64,000 nucleotides of DNA from assembly GCA_013239625.1 (NCBI GenBank), contig MU054187.1, positions 20,428,897 through 20,492,896 on the forward strand, written 5' to 3'. The stretch is from Lama guanicoe. Its lineage: Eukaryota. Shown piece after piece: positions 23,827 through 37,955 of the stretch; the first letter of the stretch is position 1; each line of letters opens with the position of its first letter. A model generated the notes under the pieces. It made no database searches, had not been told where the DNA came from, and saw nothing but the letters and a program-made list of their open reading frames with translations. The translations under genes and the position numbers were made by a program.

Positions 23827-25819
23827 CATTCAATGTATTCTCTTAAAAGATAAATCATGGAAGCAAATTAAGACACAAAAAGTGTAAAGAAGCTAAATAT
23901 GCATATTGTACTAGTGAACACCCATCTCACACAGTAGTTACATTTTAATTATGAGGAGATTTTGCTTTTAAAGGTAGATCACAACTATTATTCTGTTTAT
24001 TTGTTGTAAAATTCTCTGATAAAATTTTTTGCATATAAAAATGTGACACCAGATAGCTATAAATGACATAAATGTATAATATTTTAACACTGTTACCTCT
24101 TTCTAAAATATCTACTGAGAAGAAAATTGCTGCCTATTTTTTTTATTAATTTAATACTCACATGCAAACATTAGGGATAATTATCATACAGATGAGAATA
24201 GATTCAATTATAACTATGGACAAGTAAGCTGATAAAGATAAGTTCTGAAGATCGTAAAGTATTTCTGTTGATAATGTGGCACTATAAAAAATATGAGCTT
24301 TTTTTCCTAAACTGAAAATTACTTAAAGTAGCTATTAGAAGATAAAAGAAAGTTTCTATTTTCTCACAAAGCCCCATTCATGACATTGGTTGGTTTATAT
24401 AATTGCAATCATGCTAAATTAAGAATTAAATAATGCAAAATATTAAACAAGATAAAAGATATTTGAAAGAAGCACGAGGGAAAAGACACTACTCTTTGCT
24501 AATGAAGAAGACTGACATGCATAACAATGAGGAAGAAATTAAGAAACAAAAGGAGATGAATTTAGAATAATGGATAACATTTTTAAAAGTCTGTTAAATT
24601 CCCTAATCCATTTACGAGTACAGCCTGTTTTGCTAACAGAAAAGCCTGAAGATGCTACAAAAAATAGCAGAAGACTTTTGATGGGTTAGTGGAAAGTTGT
24701 TTTAACTAGTAGATGTAAAGAATTAAAGAGGTTGTCTTAGAAAGATCCAAACTGTAGTGTAGAAACCCATTTGCAAATAGAGGCTTCAGTGAATACGAAC
24801 ATGTATGGAAGATCAAGCTCATGATGAGGGATGACACACACTTGAATTAACAGGCAGTGAAAGTGATCTGAAATCGGAAATGGATAAATTGGGGGATGAG
24901 ACGGGACGTCACACAGGGAGGACTACGACTTAGGCAGGTGTAGACACAAGACGCAGTAAGCTTTGGCTTTGTTTTTGCCTACCTCACATTCACTACTCGC
25001 TGATTTTGGATTAATTTTTTTAATTTTTTTATTTTATTTTTTTAGTATTCCTTGGTTTGTTCATATTGTATTCCCATACTTTGCTATATATTTGAGAAAA
25101 TCTTCCTTTTCATCAAAACCCTACCTAATTGTTAGCCTATTCTTAAAATTACTATAGATGGAGTATGTTAGGAAAATAAACACAGAGGAAATATGGTTAT
25201 TTGCCTTCTGAAATACAATTAAATTGAAGTAGGGTAAAGAAAAGAAGATAAGATTGAGATGAACTTAAAAAATGCATTTCCTCTGAGAGTCTCACTTTGC
25301 TTTAGCACAGAGACTAGTTTCTTATTAATTTTTCTTTAATAAAGCTAATCTCATTTTAATATCATTAAATATTTGATATTTCCTTTGCAGAGAAAATGCA
25401 GAATTTTGCAACTGAAAAAGGACATTCAGCCTCCCATAGCTCCATAGGCACGTTCCCTCTGATTTGAGTGAGCACCCTAATTTCTCTGGGAAGACTTGCT
25501 GTTTGAGTGCTTTTTCTTACAGTTAGCCTGGCTGTGAAATTCAGAATCCTAGTGAGATTCAGTTTCATTCTTTCTTCCAGACTAGAAGAGACAATTTGAT
25601 TCATAGTTTTAATGAGTGTGGCTTTAATTAAAGCTTGAATAACATCAATTGTCCTAGTTACATTTTTTTTTTAACTCCTCAAGGATTTCACTCATTTCCA
25701 AGAGTATGTCTTGAGTGCTGACACAAGTCTTCAGTTAACTAGAGTGGTTTTGTTGTTTGGAATGGGAAATTTCAGGTGCCATTTTTGCCAATTCTATTTT
25801 ACTGAATGTATTTGTGCTC

Positions 25820-25872
25820 GTGCGTGTTTGTGTGTGTGTATGTATGTGTGCGTGTGTGTGTGTGTGTGTGTG
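25820..25872. repeat. (TG)n microsatellite, imperfect
   Basis: gtgcgtgtttgtgtgtgtgtatgtatgtgtgcgtgtgtgtgtgtgtgtgtgtg. Confidence 0.95.
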
Positions 25873-26419
25873 ATTTCCAGTGTAGATCTACAATACTTTA
25901 TCATTCACTGTTTTGTTTATCTTTTCTGAGTTCCTAAAAATGGGCTGGAGTTTAATTTTTATGTCTCCCTGACTAAAGCTAATGCTTTATTGCAAATTAA
26001 TAATTCGCTCTCTTACCGAGCTTGAAAAGACTGTGTAAATTATTTGGGACACAATTCACCCCAGCTATTGCAGGACTGAACCATCTTTTCAGTGCTGGAA
26101 TAGACAAGAAAATGCTCTAGAGATTGCATGCTTGGTCTGCTCGCCACAACACCTCCCGTTTTATGTGACTCGCCACTTCAAAAATCACAGGGAAACTCAC
26201 TTATGTGTAAGGCTTAGCATGTCAGACTCTTTTCCACAGACCAAAAAAATCAGTTCTCTGCAGAAGGTGGGCTGCCTGGTATTACAAGAGTGACTTTAAT
26301 CCAAGGGTTCTTGTCTTTAACGACTCTATTATCAATTTGAGTAGAATAGTAACAATATAATGATAGAATATCAATAATAATACTCTCCCAAAAGATCTGC
26401 TAAGCCAACCACCAACAGC

Positions 26420-26540
26420 TTCCTGAGGACAGAAAATTGTGTTTTGGCTGTGTTTTCCATCCTACATAGCAGAGAACCTGGTGTGAAATCTATGCTCGAT
26501 GTCTGTTGGGTAAGTAAAGAGAAGGAACACATGAATGAAG
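26420..26540 (+). mobile_element. L2 3' tail fragment
   Basis: ttcctgaggacagaaaattgtg...agcagagaacctgg...tgctcgatgtctgttgg. Confidence 0.5.
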
Positions 26541-26569
26541 AATACAGAAAAAAAAAAAGGGCAAGAAAA

Positions 26570-27155
26570 AGAGATACTCCTCTTTAAAACTTTTCAATGA
26601 TTTTTCTATTGCCATTAATAAAATGCAGATGTCTTGTCAGAATCCTCAAGTCCTTGGTGATCCAGTCTTTGGTGCCCCTCCAAAGCCACCTCTCTCCACT
26701 CCACCCTTTAATTATGCCTGTGACACTGCTCTTTCAGGTCCTCTAAGCCTCTAAGCCATTTACTGCCTCTCAAGAAATTCACATATTTTATTCCCTCTCC
26801 TATAATTTTTCTCACATCCCTCAATCTCCCTACACATTTGCCTAAATAACTTTATTTTTAATTCCCCATCATAAGCATCATATTCTCAGAACGCTTCCCT
26901 GACCCCCTGAACTTAGATTGCTCTCAGCCCTATTCCAGTTATTCACACAGCACTGTTTTTAGTTTTGGTAGTAGTTTGTATCACCATCTGTAGCATTTTG
27001 TGTGTCTGCTTGATTAGAATCTGCCTTCCTTCTTTGACTGTACCCTCCATGGAATCAAATCCTGTCTGTTCTATTCACCAGAGTATACCCAGTACTTAGC
27101 ACATAGTTTAGCACATGTCTGCACAGTAGTTATTTCAATATTTGTTGGCTGAATA
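26570..27155 (+). mobile_element. L2a-like 3' fragment
   Basis: aaaacttttcaatg...cttccctgaccccc...gactgtaccctccatggaatcaaatcctgtctgttctattcacc...tcaatatttgttggctgaat. Confidence 0.75.
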
Positions 27156-27539
27156 TATTAATACATTTAAAACCAATAATTAAGTTTAAATTCAAATGAA
27201 TTTAAAATTTGCAAGCACAGAAATAATTTATCAGGTGGTGATTATAGAGGAAATCATTGAAGACTCATGATAGGAGGTAATTTCCAGTAACTTTCTTATA
27301 ATTGGACATAGAACCAATGCAAACATATGCTTTTAAGTAAAGTTGAGTAAATGGGTAACATTCTTTTACAAAAGGTGCAGAACCAGCAAGACTAAGCCTA
27401 GGAAACAGAGCGCAGGGTTAAAAATCAAAGAAACAGGTCTAACCTGGGGTCGGATTTGTTCTTTTCTATTACACTAACGGCATTTGTTCTCAAATGATGT
27501 GCTGATTTTCAAATTTGCGATCACTAAGCACTCTACGAT

Positions 27540-27620
27540 AAATTTGTGTTCATGAACCTTAACACGGTGCTTGGTGTAGAGTGAGTATGCAATACATATT
27601 TCTTGAATCGATAAATAAAA
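27540..27620 (+). mobile_element. L2 terminal fragment
   Basis: ccttaacacggtgcttggtgtagagtgagtatgcaatacatattttcttgaat. Confidence 0.5.
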
Positions 27621-29569
27621 CAGACATGGTCTAGGAAAGTAATAAATATGGAAAACATAGTAGGAAGACCAGAAGGTGATAAGAAGTGTGCTGAATGAAA
27701 GGTCTGTGTAAACAAATTTAATGCTGGAAAATTGAGTGTATTTAGCTGCCCACTTTATGAAACCAACATTTAATTAAATACAGTCGTCTCATCACATACT
27801 CAGTGGTTGAGCTTCCTCACAGCTGAACTAAAATTGTTTAAATAAAATGAGACTCATTAACTTTTCTAATTGTTGTTTGCGTGAAGACTTGAACTTCGCT
27901 TTTAAAAAGAAGCTGCTCCATCTGCAGCTAGTAAAAAGTGTCAGCTGGCAGTGTTTAACCCTCGTGAATCATCAGTTTGTTTTTTCTTTTTTTCCCAAGC
28001 CACTGAGCATCAGGGAGAGGAGATTCTATTTAAAAAAAAATAAAATCCACAGAACGTTTCAGAACTTGATTCCATGCCTGTCTTCTGAGCTCATGCATAC
28101 CAAAAGGCGTAGTTTGCCTAGCTGGGATAAAGGTAAAAGTACATGCATCATGGGAATGTACCAGCTGCACAAGTTTAGGCTTTCTTAGTCGTCAAAAGAG
28201 GAAACAGATCATCAGCACTTGAATGCTTCATTTCATAACGATGCTTCTTAGTCTACAGCTTTAAAATGGCAAGTGTCTCTTGACAAAGAAAATGTTTCAT
28301 GGCTGCCAGCCGATAACAACTATGTGTATTTCCTTAAGAGAGGTCTAATAAGTAAAGACTCAACTTGAATTTTAGCATCTTAAGGTTAACACAAACAATA
28401 AAAAAATAAATAAAGGGAATCTTCTTACTATTTGTTGAAATTCTACAGAAAACAATTCATTATATCCCAAACATTTCTACATGCAATGGTACTTTTATGA
28501 ATTAAGCCAATTTCAAACATAAACAGTTATTTTAGAAAGCAGATGTCAGCTAATTTTTCTTATTTGGCAATGACTTATGGAGCTTAGAAAGAAGAAAAAA
28601 ATGTTCCATGGTTTTCTCCTGACTTTAGGTATAATGAAACACTTTTTTCTAATAAGTGCAGGTATATTACAGTTAAAATCCATTGATGTAAAAATTAAGA
28701 ATTTTGTTCTGGGAATAAGAGAGACTTGAAAAATGGTTGCTGATTTATTTTCCCATGCAAAAAAGGAGGAAAGTTTTGCCAGTAAATATGGAAGCTCCAC
28801 TATTATCAGTGGCTTATACTCTATTTTTTTTTTCTTTTCATCCGCAGTGGGAAGCTTTCAGCCTAAAGTTACTTTGTTGTTCAATGTTTGCTGAAGATCC
28901 AGTGACTGAGTCCGAATTTCAGAGAAAACAGGAGACAAAGGGCCAGAACTGATAGCTTCCCTAATAAAGACTACTTGGATATTCTGTGCCACATTTCTGA
29001 TAATTGCTCATAACTAGCCTTGGAGAACTGAGGTCCCAGAGACATGCCTTTAGAAATACAGTTTTCTGTGAGGCACATAGCTTAGGATTTTGCTATGAAT
29101 AAAGAAGCAATGAAAATAATTGGTGAGGTTAGAAAGTCACTAGCACACAGAAACAAATCTATCACATTTTTATACAACAGCAACAGTTAGAAATAATTAA
29201 AATGTAATATAAAATTTAAGTTTAAAATACAAACAAAAATAAGACAGAAATAAATCAAACTAAAATGAAAAAGGCTTTAGTGTGGGAATTGATAAATATT
29301 TATCTAAATGCATTAACATATAAATAGAAAAATATAAGATGTTCATTAATAGGAAGACATTGTATGTACACGATAGCAATTCTAAAAAAAATTCATTTTT
29401 AGATGAATACAGTTTCAATCGAGATCTGAACACACTTTTCTCTGAGGGATGCTGAGGAATGTGACAAGTTAATTACAGATTTTATACAAAAATGAAAACG
29501 GCCAAGAAGAGTTAAGAAACTCTTTAGGAAGACAAATCTAAGTTCATTGCTTATATTGAACAATTATAC

Positions 29570-30743
29570 TTGACACCAAAAGCAAAGGCAATGAAAGCAA
29601 AAATAAAGAGTGATCTACAACATACTGAAAAGCTTCTGCACAGCATAGCAAAACATCAAATAAAAAGGCAGCCTACTGAATGGGAGAAAATATTTGTAAG
29701 CCATAATCTGATAAGAGTTTAATATCTAAAATAAATAAAAAACACATACAACTCAACTTAAAAAACTCAAAAACCAATCCAATTAAAAATAGAGACAGGA
29801 CTTGAATAAACATTTTCCAAAGACGTTTGGATGGCCAACTGGCCCAAGAAAAGGTACTCAACATCACTAGCCATCAGGGAAATGCAAATCATGACCACAA
29901 AGGATCTATCACCTCACACCTGTCAGAATGGCTATTATCAGAAATATAAGCCAGCAAGTGTTGGCAAGAATGTGAAGAAAAGGAAGCCCTTGTACACTGT
30001 TGGTGGGAATGTCAGTTGGTGTAGCCCTTATGGAAAACAGTATAGAAGTGACAAAAGTGAAAACAGAACTAATGTGATGCAGCAATTCCTCTTCTGAATA
30101 TTTATCCAAAGGAAATTCAAATACTAACTCAAAAAGATATCTGCATCCTCATGTTTATTCCAGCATCATTTATAATAGCCAAAACACGAAAACAACCTAA
30201 GTGCCCATCAATGGATAAATGGATAAAGATGTGGCATACATACATTTACGGTAAAATATTATTCAGCAATGAAAAAGAAGGAAATCTCATTATTTGCAAC
30301 AACATGGATGGATCTTGAGGGAATGAGTCAGAGAAAGGCAATTACCATATGATTTCACTTATATTTGGAATCCAAACAAACAATACCAAACTCATGGATA
30401 CAGAGAATGGATTGGTGGTTGCCAGGGGTGGGGGCTGGAAGGCGGGGGAAAATTGGTGAAGGTGATCAAAAGGTACAAACTTCCAGTTATGAAATAAATA
30501 AGTCCTGAGATGTAATGTAGAGCATGGTGATTCTAATTTATAGTACTGTGTTGTTTGTTTGGAAGTTGTTAAGAGAGCAGATCTTGAAAATTATCATCAT
30601 AAGAAAAATGTGTATAACCACATGTGGTGATATATATTAACTAGACTTGTAATGGTGATTTCACAATGTATACAAACATCAAATCATTATGTTGTATACC
30701 TGAAATTTGTAATTTTATGTATTAATTATATTTCATTAAAAAT
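29570..30743 (+). mobile_element. 5'-truncated LINE-1, L1MA9-like, nested in L1ME
   Basis: tgacaccaaaagcaaaggcaa...gaatgggagaaaatatttg...caacctaagtgcccatcaatggataaatgg...aaaggtacaaacttccagttat...tatatttcattaaaa. Confidence 0.9.
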
Positions 30744-31849
30744 AGTGATTATGAAGTTAGAGTAACAGGTACATGATGCTACTGGCACAGTAAAATAAAC
30801 ACATTAGCAAATAGAATATAATAGAAAACCCTAATATATATGCTATCATTTTTGGAAAGTTGGAATATAGAAGAAAATTGGAATTATCTATACAAAAAAA
30901 AATGAAATGAGATTTTTGACTCCAGTATAATATACAAAAATCTGTATCAACTAGGTTACAAACATAAATGTAAAAAGCTAAGATGTGAAAACATTTAGAA
31001 AGCCATACAAGAGAATATTTTTATGACTGAGAGGCAGGAAAGAATTTTGAACTTTAAGAAAAACAACAGTAGAAATGAGAAATATTCATAAACTAAACTA
31101 AATTTAAATTCACAGACTGTACTTAGTTCAATGTTGCCTTATAGAAACTGAAAAAATAAGCTGCATTTTTGGAAAATATATTCAAAATATGATTATGATG
31201 ATATGTATTCATAGTATTCATAACCATAAAGTATTAATGTTTGCATTATATACAGAACACTTTGAAATCCATAAGAAATAGACATTTTAATGGAAAATTC
31301 AGCAAAAATATGAACAGGCATAATCCAGAAAAGGAAACATGAATTTCCATAAAGATATGTGTATGTGTTCAGTCCCATTATTTTCACAGAAAATCAAATT
31401 AAAATCACCCTGAAATACACCAGACTGGCAACAATTAAAAGACAATAACAAGTGTTAGGCAATGGATGGAGCAACAGAGATTTTTACAGTCGGCAGGTGG
31501 GTGTGTAAACAGATACAACCTGCTTGGAAGACAATTTGGCTGAGCCTTGACGATACGCATGCTCTGTGTCCCAGCAATACTGCCCCCAGGTGACGCCTAC
31601 GATATTATCGTGCTCAAATAAACACATTCAGTAATATTCTTAACAACATTGTTTTTAATATCAAGAAACTGAAGAAATCCAAAATCTTCATCAATCAAAG
31701 AGATGAATAAATAATTTTATATTCAGAAAGCAGAATGCTGAAAAGCTGGTAAAATGGTAAACTATGGTTGCAGGAATTAATCTCAAAAACATAATATTGA
31801 ATGACAAAATCAAGCCAAATAAGAATTTATGGACTACGATTTCTTTTCA

Positions 31850-32130
31850 TTTTCATCATTGTGTACATTACATCCTATAATTTATTTATAACTGGCAGTT
31901 TGTACCTTTTGGCTCCCTTCATCTATTTCACGTCCCCACCCCCATTTCTGGCAACCGCCAAACTGTTTTCTGTATCTATGAGTTGAGTTACTTTGTTTGT
32001 TTTCAATTTTACATATAAGTGAGATCATATAGTATTTGTTTTTCTGTTTCTTATTTCACTTAGTATAATGCCTTAAGTTTCACCCATGTCATCACAAATA
32101 GCAAATTCCCTTTCTTTCTTTTGTGGCTGA
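31850..32130 (-). mobile_element. LINE-1 3'UTR fragment (L1MA9-like), antisense, nested in L1ME
   Basis: ttataactggcagtttgtacctttt...ctggcaaccgccaaactgttttctgtatctatgag...acatataagtgagatcatatagtatttg. Confidence 0.8.
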
Positions 32131-32709
32131 AGAGTAAATTGCATCTTAGAAATGATTTTATAAAATCATAATCAGGAAAAATGTAACAATATCCTTTACC
32201 CTACATATAAATGTAGTAAATTTTTAAAAATGCAAGAAAACAATCAATCAAAAATTCAGGATAGTGTTCATCTCAGGGGTAGGGTATACATTAGAAGAGA
32301 CTGATTATATGAAAGCACAGAGAGGGGTTCAAAGTATTTATACGTTATATTTCTTAGGTTTGAGATAACTGTGTGGAGGTTTATTATTTTTTAAAATAAC
32401 ACATGTATATCATTTTATTCTGTACAAATGATACATTTTATAGTAAAACTGATTTTGCTACATGCTAAGTCTATTTGATGGAGTTTTCAGGGGAGAAATA
32501 TATACAGATATAAAAATGTTATCTACATAATATATTCATATTGAAACCAGAATAAACATTTTATGGTCTAATGTACGAAGGAATGCTGATTCTTTTTCTG
32601 CATATCACAAATGCAAAATTCTTGACTACAACTGTTCTTTGGAATTCACCACTCTCTAGCATATATTTTAATGATATTTAGAGGATTTCTTTCAATTGAG
32701 ACATCATGC

Positions 32710-32800
32710 ATTATTCAGGAGTGTTTCACTGCAAGTAACAGTGACCCATTTGAACTTAGGCAAAAAGGAAAATTTATAGTCTAACATAATTTCACCAAAA
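32710..32800 (-). mobile_element. Old MaLR (MLT1) LTR end fragment
   Basis: tcaggagtgtttcactgcaagtaacagtgaccc...ttaggcaaaaaggaaaatttat resembles an antisense MLT1K/L terminus. Confidence 0.45.
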
Positions 32801-35800
32801 AAAGCACAGGAGAGCCAAAACAAAACCAAACAAAAACAAAAACAAAAATACTAAACCACACACTTTTTAGAACATTTTGTATCTGGTTTCTGATTCCAAA
32901 CTGGCTCTTGAGACCAAGAGCCTGGACGATTATTGATGGCAGCGTAGGCCTCACATTTTGCCAATTTTCCTGCAGCAATACACATCAAATTTGCATCTCT
33001 AATAGACCTCTTTCACAAACCCTTCAGCATTTCAGTTATTTAATATATTTGTGAAACAATTAATGCATTTTGATATTTGTAGATGATATTTGAAAAACAG
33101 GAATGAAACACTTTTTAGGAAGTTTGTTAGTAAAAAGAGACAAAATGTGTTCTTCAATCACTACCAAATAAAGTGTTTATCTATGTGTAGTACTGACATC
33201 ATAATGGCAAAGGTGTATCTTCTCTTCCTTTTAACCACAGATGACTTAATGTCCTCTTTCAGAGTAAGCAACTTATTTCCCCTACACATTTTGTTTTTTT
33301 CTTTACATTTAAAAAATTTTTCTATACTCTTGCTTTCCTTTAGTTTACATGCTAAAAGCGCTAAAACAAACAAAAATATAGAAGAAAATAAAATGGGGTA
33401 GGAGGCAGAATGATGAAAGGGAAAAACAAGAAAAATATAAAATGAATCACATAGATATAAGTAATCGAAAGCAAGTTGGCCGCAAACTAGAACAGATTTT
33501 TGAAAAAAATAAAAATGAATCAGCAAATAATTAGCCAGTGTCCAGATATAAAACATCTCACTATCAAAATTAAAAAATAAATTATTTGTACTGAATTTAA
33601 GCTAAAAATGCAAAATGTAAATTATATTTGCTGAACTATTACTAAACAGTCAACATCCCACTTCCTTCTCTCTTTCCCAGACCATGACAGGCTGCTGCAG
33701 CAGGGTTTCTGATTTCATCTTGCTTTTCAACAGGATGCAGATGTCAATCTCTGTTTATATGTCCCCAATTTCTGATGACAGGTGTTGAAGCCACACAAGA
33801 ACACTCTCACTGAACTTTTCTTCAGTGCACCAAGAGAGACCTCTGAATTTGGGAAGCTCAATTTCCTGTTCTTTTCATCAGATCAATTTCTCCATCATGT
33901 TTTACTCCTTAGACCCCTCCTCCCTTTGTCTGTCATGCTATGATGATCTCAGAGGAAACCCTCTACCTAATAACACAGAGCTTTGAAAAATCCCCTATTT
34001 TATTAAATTTCCTTGAACCTCTTTTTAATAAATTGCTATATGTAGACTGGTTAGGGAAGTGAGGTAAAGCCATTGCTTGGGTTTCTTTGTATAGTTTGAA
34101 AGTCCATGTTTTCTGTTCTCTTTAGCTATTAAGTCCTAGCTGCATTTCTGAGATAATAAACATATCCAATTTAAAACCCTGTTATAAACACAATCTCAGT
34201 TTTTCTGTGTGTTATTGAATCTATTCCTCAGTTTTACCATCAGCCTGCAATTCCATAACTAGCAACTAGCAAGTCTTCATCTAGTGTTTGGATGTTTGGA
34301 TGATTTGATTGACTCACTCCCCTTTCCTCTTCCTGTTCCCTGATTCTTTCTGAAATTGTGAAATGATGTAGAACATGAAGAAACTCAGTCTTGTCCTCTG
34401 CAAAGTCTTCCTTAATACTCACTCTTGTCAACCACTTTCCAAGATTTGAATTACAAACTTATACCTCTATTAATTTTCCTATTAATTAATCCACTATTAA
34501 TATTCTTTCACAGTTTTTAAAGTAGCACAGAAAGGTGTGATACCATTGGCAGAGATTCTGAAAAGGAGTTAATGTCAAGAATCTGATAACGTTTTAAATG
34601 TTTCCCTATGATTGTTACCTTCAATTATCCATACTTGTTTCCCACAGTTCACAGTCCCTACTCACCACCCCAGAAGTTAATTTTAACCACACTTTCCTAA
34701 GGCTTTCACTAAAACCACCCTCCATATTTACAAGTCTTTTCACCCTTAATTCCTTCGAAATAGAAGGGACTTCTGGCGCCTTCTAGAATGCTGATTAGAT
34801 AACTCCACGTTGTTTAAACTCCCATCTTCTACTTAGATACTAACTGAACAATAACTGTTTTCTTCATGCTCAACCTCATCCTTTTCACTGATTCTTCCAT
34901 AAACAGTTAAATATTCTGGCACTGGAGATCATGAAGAAGTAAAAATTTCCTCCCAGAGCAACCAGTTTCCAATTTAAGGCAAACTGTGAAAGTTGCAAAG
35001 CCTCTACAGGTTTTTGAAAGGAGAATTTCTTCTCTTGGAGCTCTGTAGCACATTGCTGAACCTCAGGCCCAGGATCCAATTCTAAAATTGGAAGGATGCA
35101 AAGGACACGGATTCTTCAGCCTTACATTTCCAACATGACAAAGATAGGGCCCTGAAAATGAAACTGTCACTACCAGAGATGTAGAAAGCCTGAGAATCAT
35201 GTATTCTCAAATTTCCTTGAAACTGACTTGCTTACAGGTGCAGTCCCTTCTTCCAGGCAACAACAGAACAATCTCCCAATGCTTGGGTATCACGTGGTGA
35301 CCTCGGCTAAAGCAGGTGCTTCACACAATGAATTTTGTCCACTTCGACATCCACCCCTGACACTTTTCATTGTCTCTAGGCCAATAACCAGACTCACATC
35401 TTAGTACAGTCTGAGGGGAGAAGTACAGGCTGATCTAGGAAGAAAGAGTCTTTATGCTGGAGGAACTATGGAAACTGGCTAGTATCTGCTGGTATTAATG
35501 GAGGGAACAGCATTCAAGTGTATCTTGGATGTGTTAGACCGGAAACTGCAGAGCATAAAACTGGATAGAAAAGAATCAGTTGATAAAAGCCACTCACTTG
35601 TGATTTGTGATTTAATATTCTGACAATGACACTTGGCCTCAACTCACCTTGCTCCTTAAAAACTGGACATGGCAAGAGCCTATGGGTGGAGATGCTTGAA
35701 CTTTGGGGGTATGATTTATAGAAGGGTTCTGAAGGCTTAGGGAGGTGAGGATGTTGTCATGGATTTACTCTTTGGACCTGAGAATGCACTATTTAATTTT

Positions 35801-36432
35801 TCTTTAGGAGGACCTAGAAGACAACCATTTCTTTAGATTGATAAAGAGTATACTGGAGAAGAAGCACTGACATGCTTGTGAAGCAAGTTGATGGCTGTGG
35901 TCTATAGTCTGGAGAAAGTGGGAGATGCTGCCATTGAACTGTAGAGCAACTAGAAGACATTACTTAATAGTCAGTAGCAAGGTGGATATAATTACTACAA
36001 GAGATATCAAGGAAGAGTGGAAATTATAGCTATTTAGGATAATGGCTAATAGATCATGGTGTCACTAGGGGCAAGATAGAGTGTTAGTCAATTAGAATAT
36101 TGCTCAATGTGCATAATAATGATATACCAGATGCTGGCAAGCAGAGGCTGATATCAGTGACTGCTGTCCCTTACCCATTCTCCAGATGCACGTAAATTCA
36201 GAGACCTAAAGCCCAGTATTTAGATTGTCTTTCTCCTGAGGAAAGATCCCAGAATTCCAATGCAAGCATACGCAGTAAATAATCATTTGAATTCCTCATA
36301 AAGGAGTCTACAATCATTTGCTAGAATAGCTATGCACTTAGCAAAGCAGAATACCCAATTTTTCATATCTCTTAGACAAAGAGTTTTGAGTTGACACTAA
36401 TAAAGACACTAAGTGTTCTTAAAGTCTTTAGG

Positions 36433-36502
36433 CTTTTTTTTTTCTTTTTCATTGAAGTATAATCGGTTTACAATGTTGTGTTAATTTCTGGTGTATCGCA
36501 TT
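36433..36502 (-). mobile_element. Very short LINE-1 3' tail inserted in ERVL
   Basis: Poly-T, then attgaagtataatcggtttacaatgttgtgttaatttctggtgta. Confidence 0.75.
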
Positions 36503-36621
36503 ATAGTCTCTGAATTAAGTAGGAGTTTATGGAGGACAGATGATAAATGGAAAACTAACCCAAAGCTCTCTCATAGGCTAATTCATTTCTTCAGTTTACA
36601 AGTATAAAATTTGGAGAATAT

Positions 36622-36693
36622 TATAACATATATATAAATATATATTTTTATATGTGAATATGTATATATACACATATATATACATACATATAT
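36622..36693. repeat. (TA)-rich simple repeat
   Basis: tataacatatatataaatatatatttttatatgtgaatatgtatatatacacatatatatacatacatatata. Confidence 0.85.
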
Positions 36694-37955
36694 AAGTTGG
36701 TGTAAACTTCACCTGTGGAGTGAGGATTAATTTCTTGACGTGGGAAGTAACAGCCATGCTGATAAAAGAGATGAAGTGGAAATGTCCTAAAGCTTCTCTT
36801 CACTCAAGTCAAGATAGTCAACCAAAAGAAACACCAAGTTCCATGGAAAAATTGCAGATATGACCTCCATCAACAGAAACTTGAAGAACGTAATTATGAT
36901 AAGCTCCATCATGATCTACTAACGTCTGTGATACTAATAAGAACCAGATGGATTCTGGCAGATGGCGCTAGAGTGTCGCACGTCTAGCTGGGTTATAGGT
37001 CCACCACACCTAGAGTGACCAGCTATTGCAATAGACAGAGGAGACTTATGGCGCTTGCTATGTGTTTCTTGATTTGTCAGTTTTTATTCTTGATTCCAAT
37101 AGAAAGAGAAAATCAAAAGCAGTTAAATTTTAACTGGAAAGAAGAGCAGCACCCTCTTACGACAGTGCTTCAGGGTTCTGTTAACTTGCCTTTCTTTGTC
37201 ACAGTAAAGTCATAGAGATCTTGATCATTCATTTTAATATTTACTGGAACTTCATATGGGTCCATTATATAAATGATATTAGGTAATTTAATCCTATGAG
37301 CAGAAGGTATAATATACACTAGATGTTCTATTAGGCAATAATTACCATCTACCATCATAATTACCACCTACAGTAGATGGTAATTGAAGATTTAAGGACC
37401 TGCTCTACTGGTGAATGTTTTTGGAATTAAGTGGCTGCAGCATGCCAGAAGCTTCCCTCCGAAATAAAGGACAAATCACTATATTTCACACGTCTACCAA
37501 CCATGAAAGAGGAGTAAGGGCTTCTTTGGACTATGTAAGCAAAATATATAATGTCTGGGAATTCTGCTCCGACTTAATTAGCTGGTGAGACTGCTTGTTC
37601 AAATGTGATTCAGAGCAAGAGAGAGTTATACAGCAGGTCCTAATTTATCTACAGCATATGTGGAGGTCCTGAAAGTGTCTGGAAAATAGAAGAATGTTAT
37701 ATGGAGTCTCTGATAAACACCAATAGGTGAGTTGCAACGTGTACCTCCAACATCCTAGAGAAGTGCTGTTTTCCATTTGCAAAAGAGCTCTCGTTATGTT
37801 ATCCTGACCCAGAGTATAGCAACTGTTAACCCTGGGGACTAATGGGGAGTCTCAAGGTGTTTCCTGATTGAGTGGGTAGGACAAACATCCATCGTGTGCT
37901 GGAAAAGGTATATTAAGACTCAAATTCAAGCAGACCCTAAAGACATGAATAAACA

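Larger units (their letters stand above)
29100..32445 (+). mobile_element. Old LINE-1 (L1ME-like) ORF2 end and 3'UTR, interrupted by two younger L1 pieces
   Basis: Decayed ORF2 (tgacaagttaattacagatttatacaaaaatgaaaacggccaagaagag; caccagactggcaacaattaaaagacaataacaagtgtt) and 3'UTR (aatctcaaaaacataatattgaatga; aaaattcaggatagtgttcatctcagg). Confidence 0.75.

Noticed and set aside
33660..33760. Strong splice acceptor cttccttctctctttcccAG followed by ACCATG
   Set aside because: No convincing downstream donor or long ORF; single sites like this are frequent.
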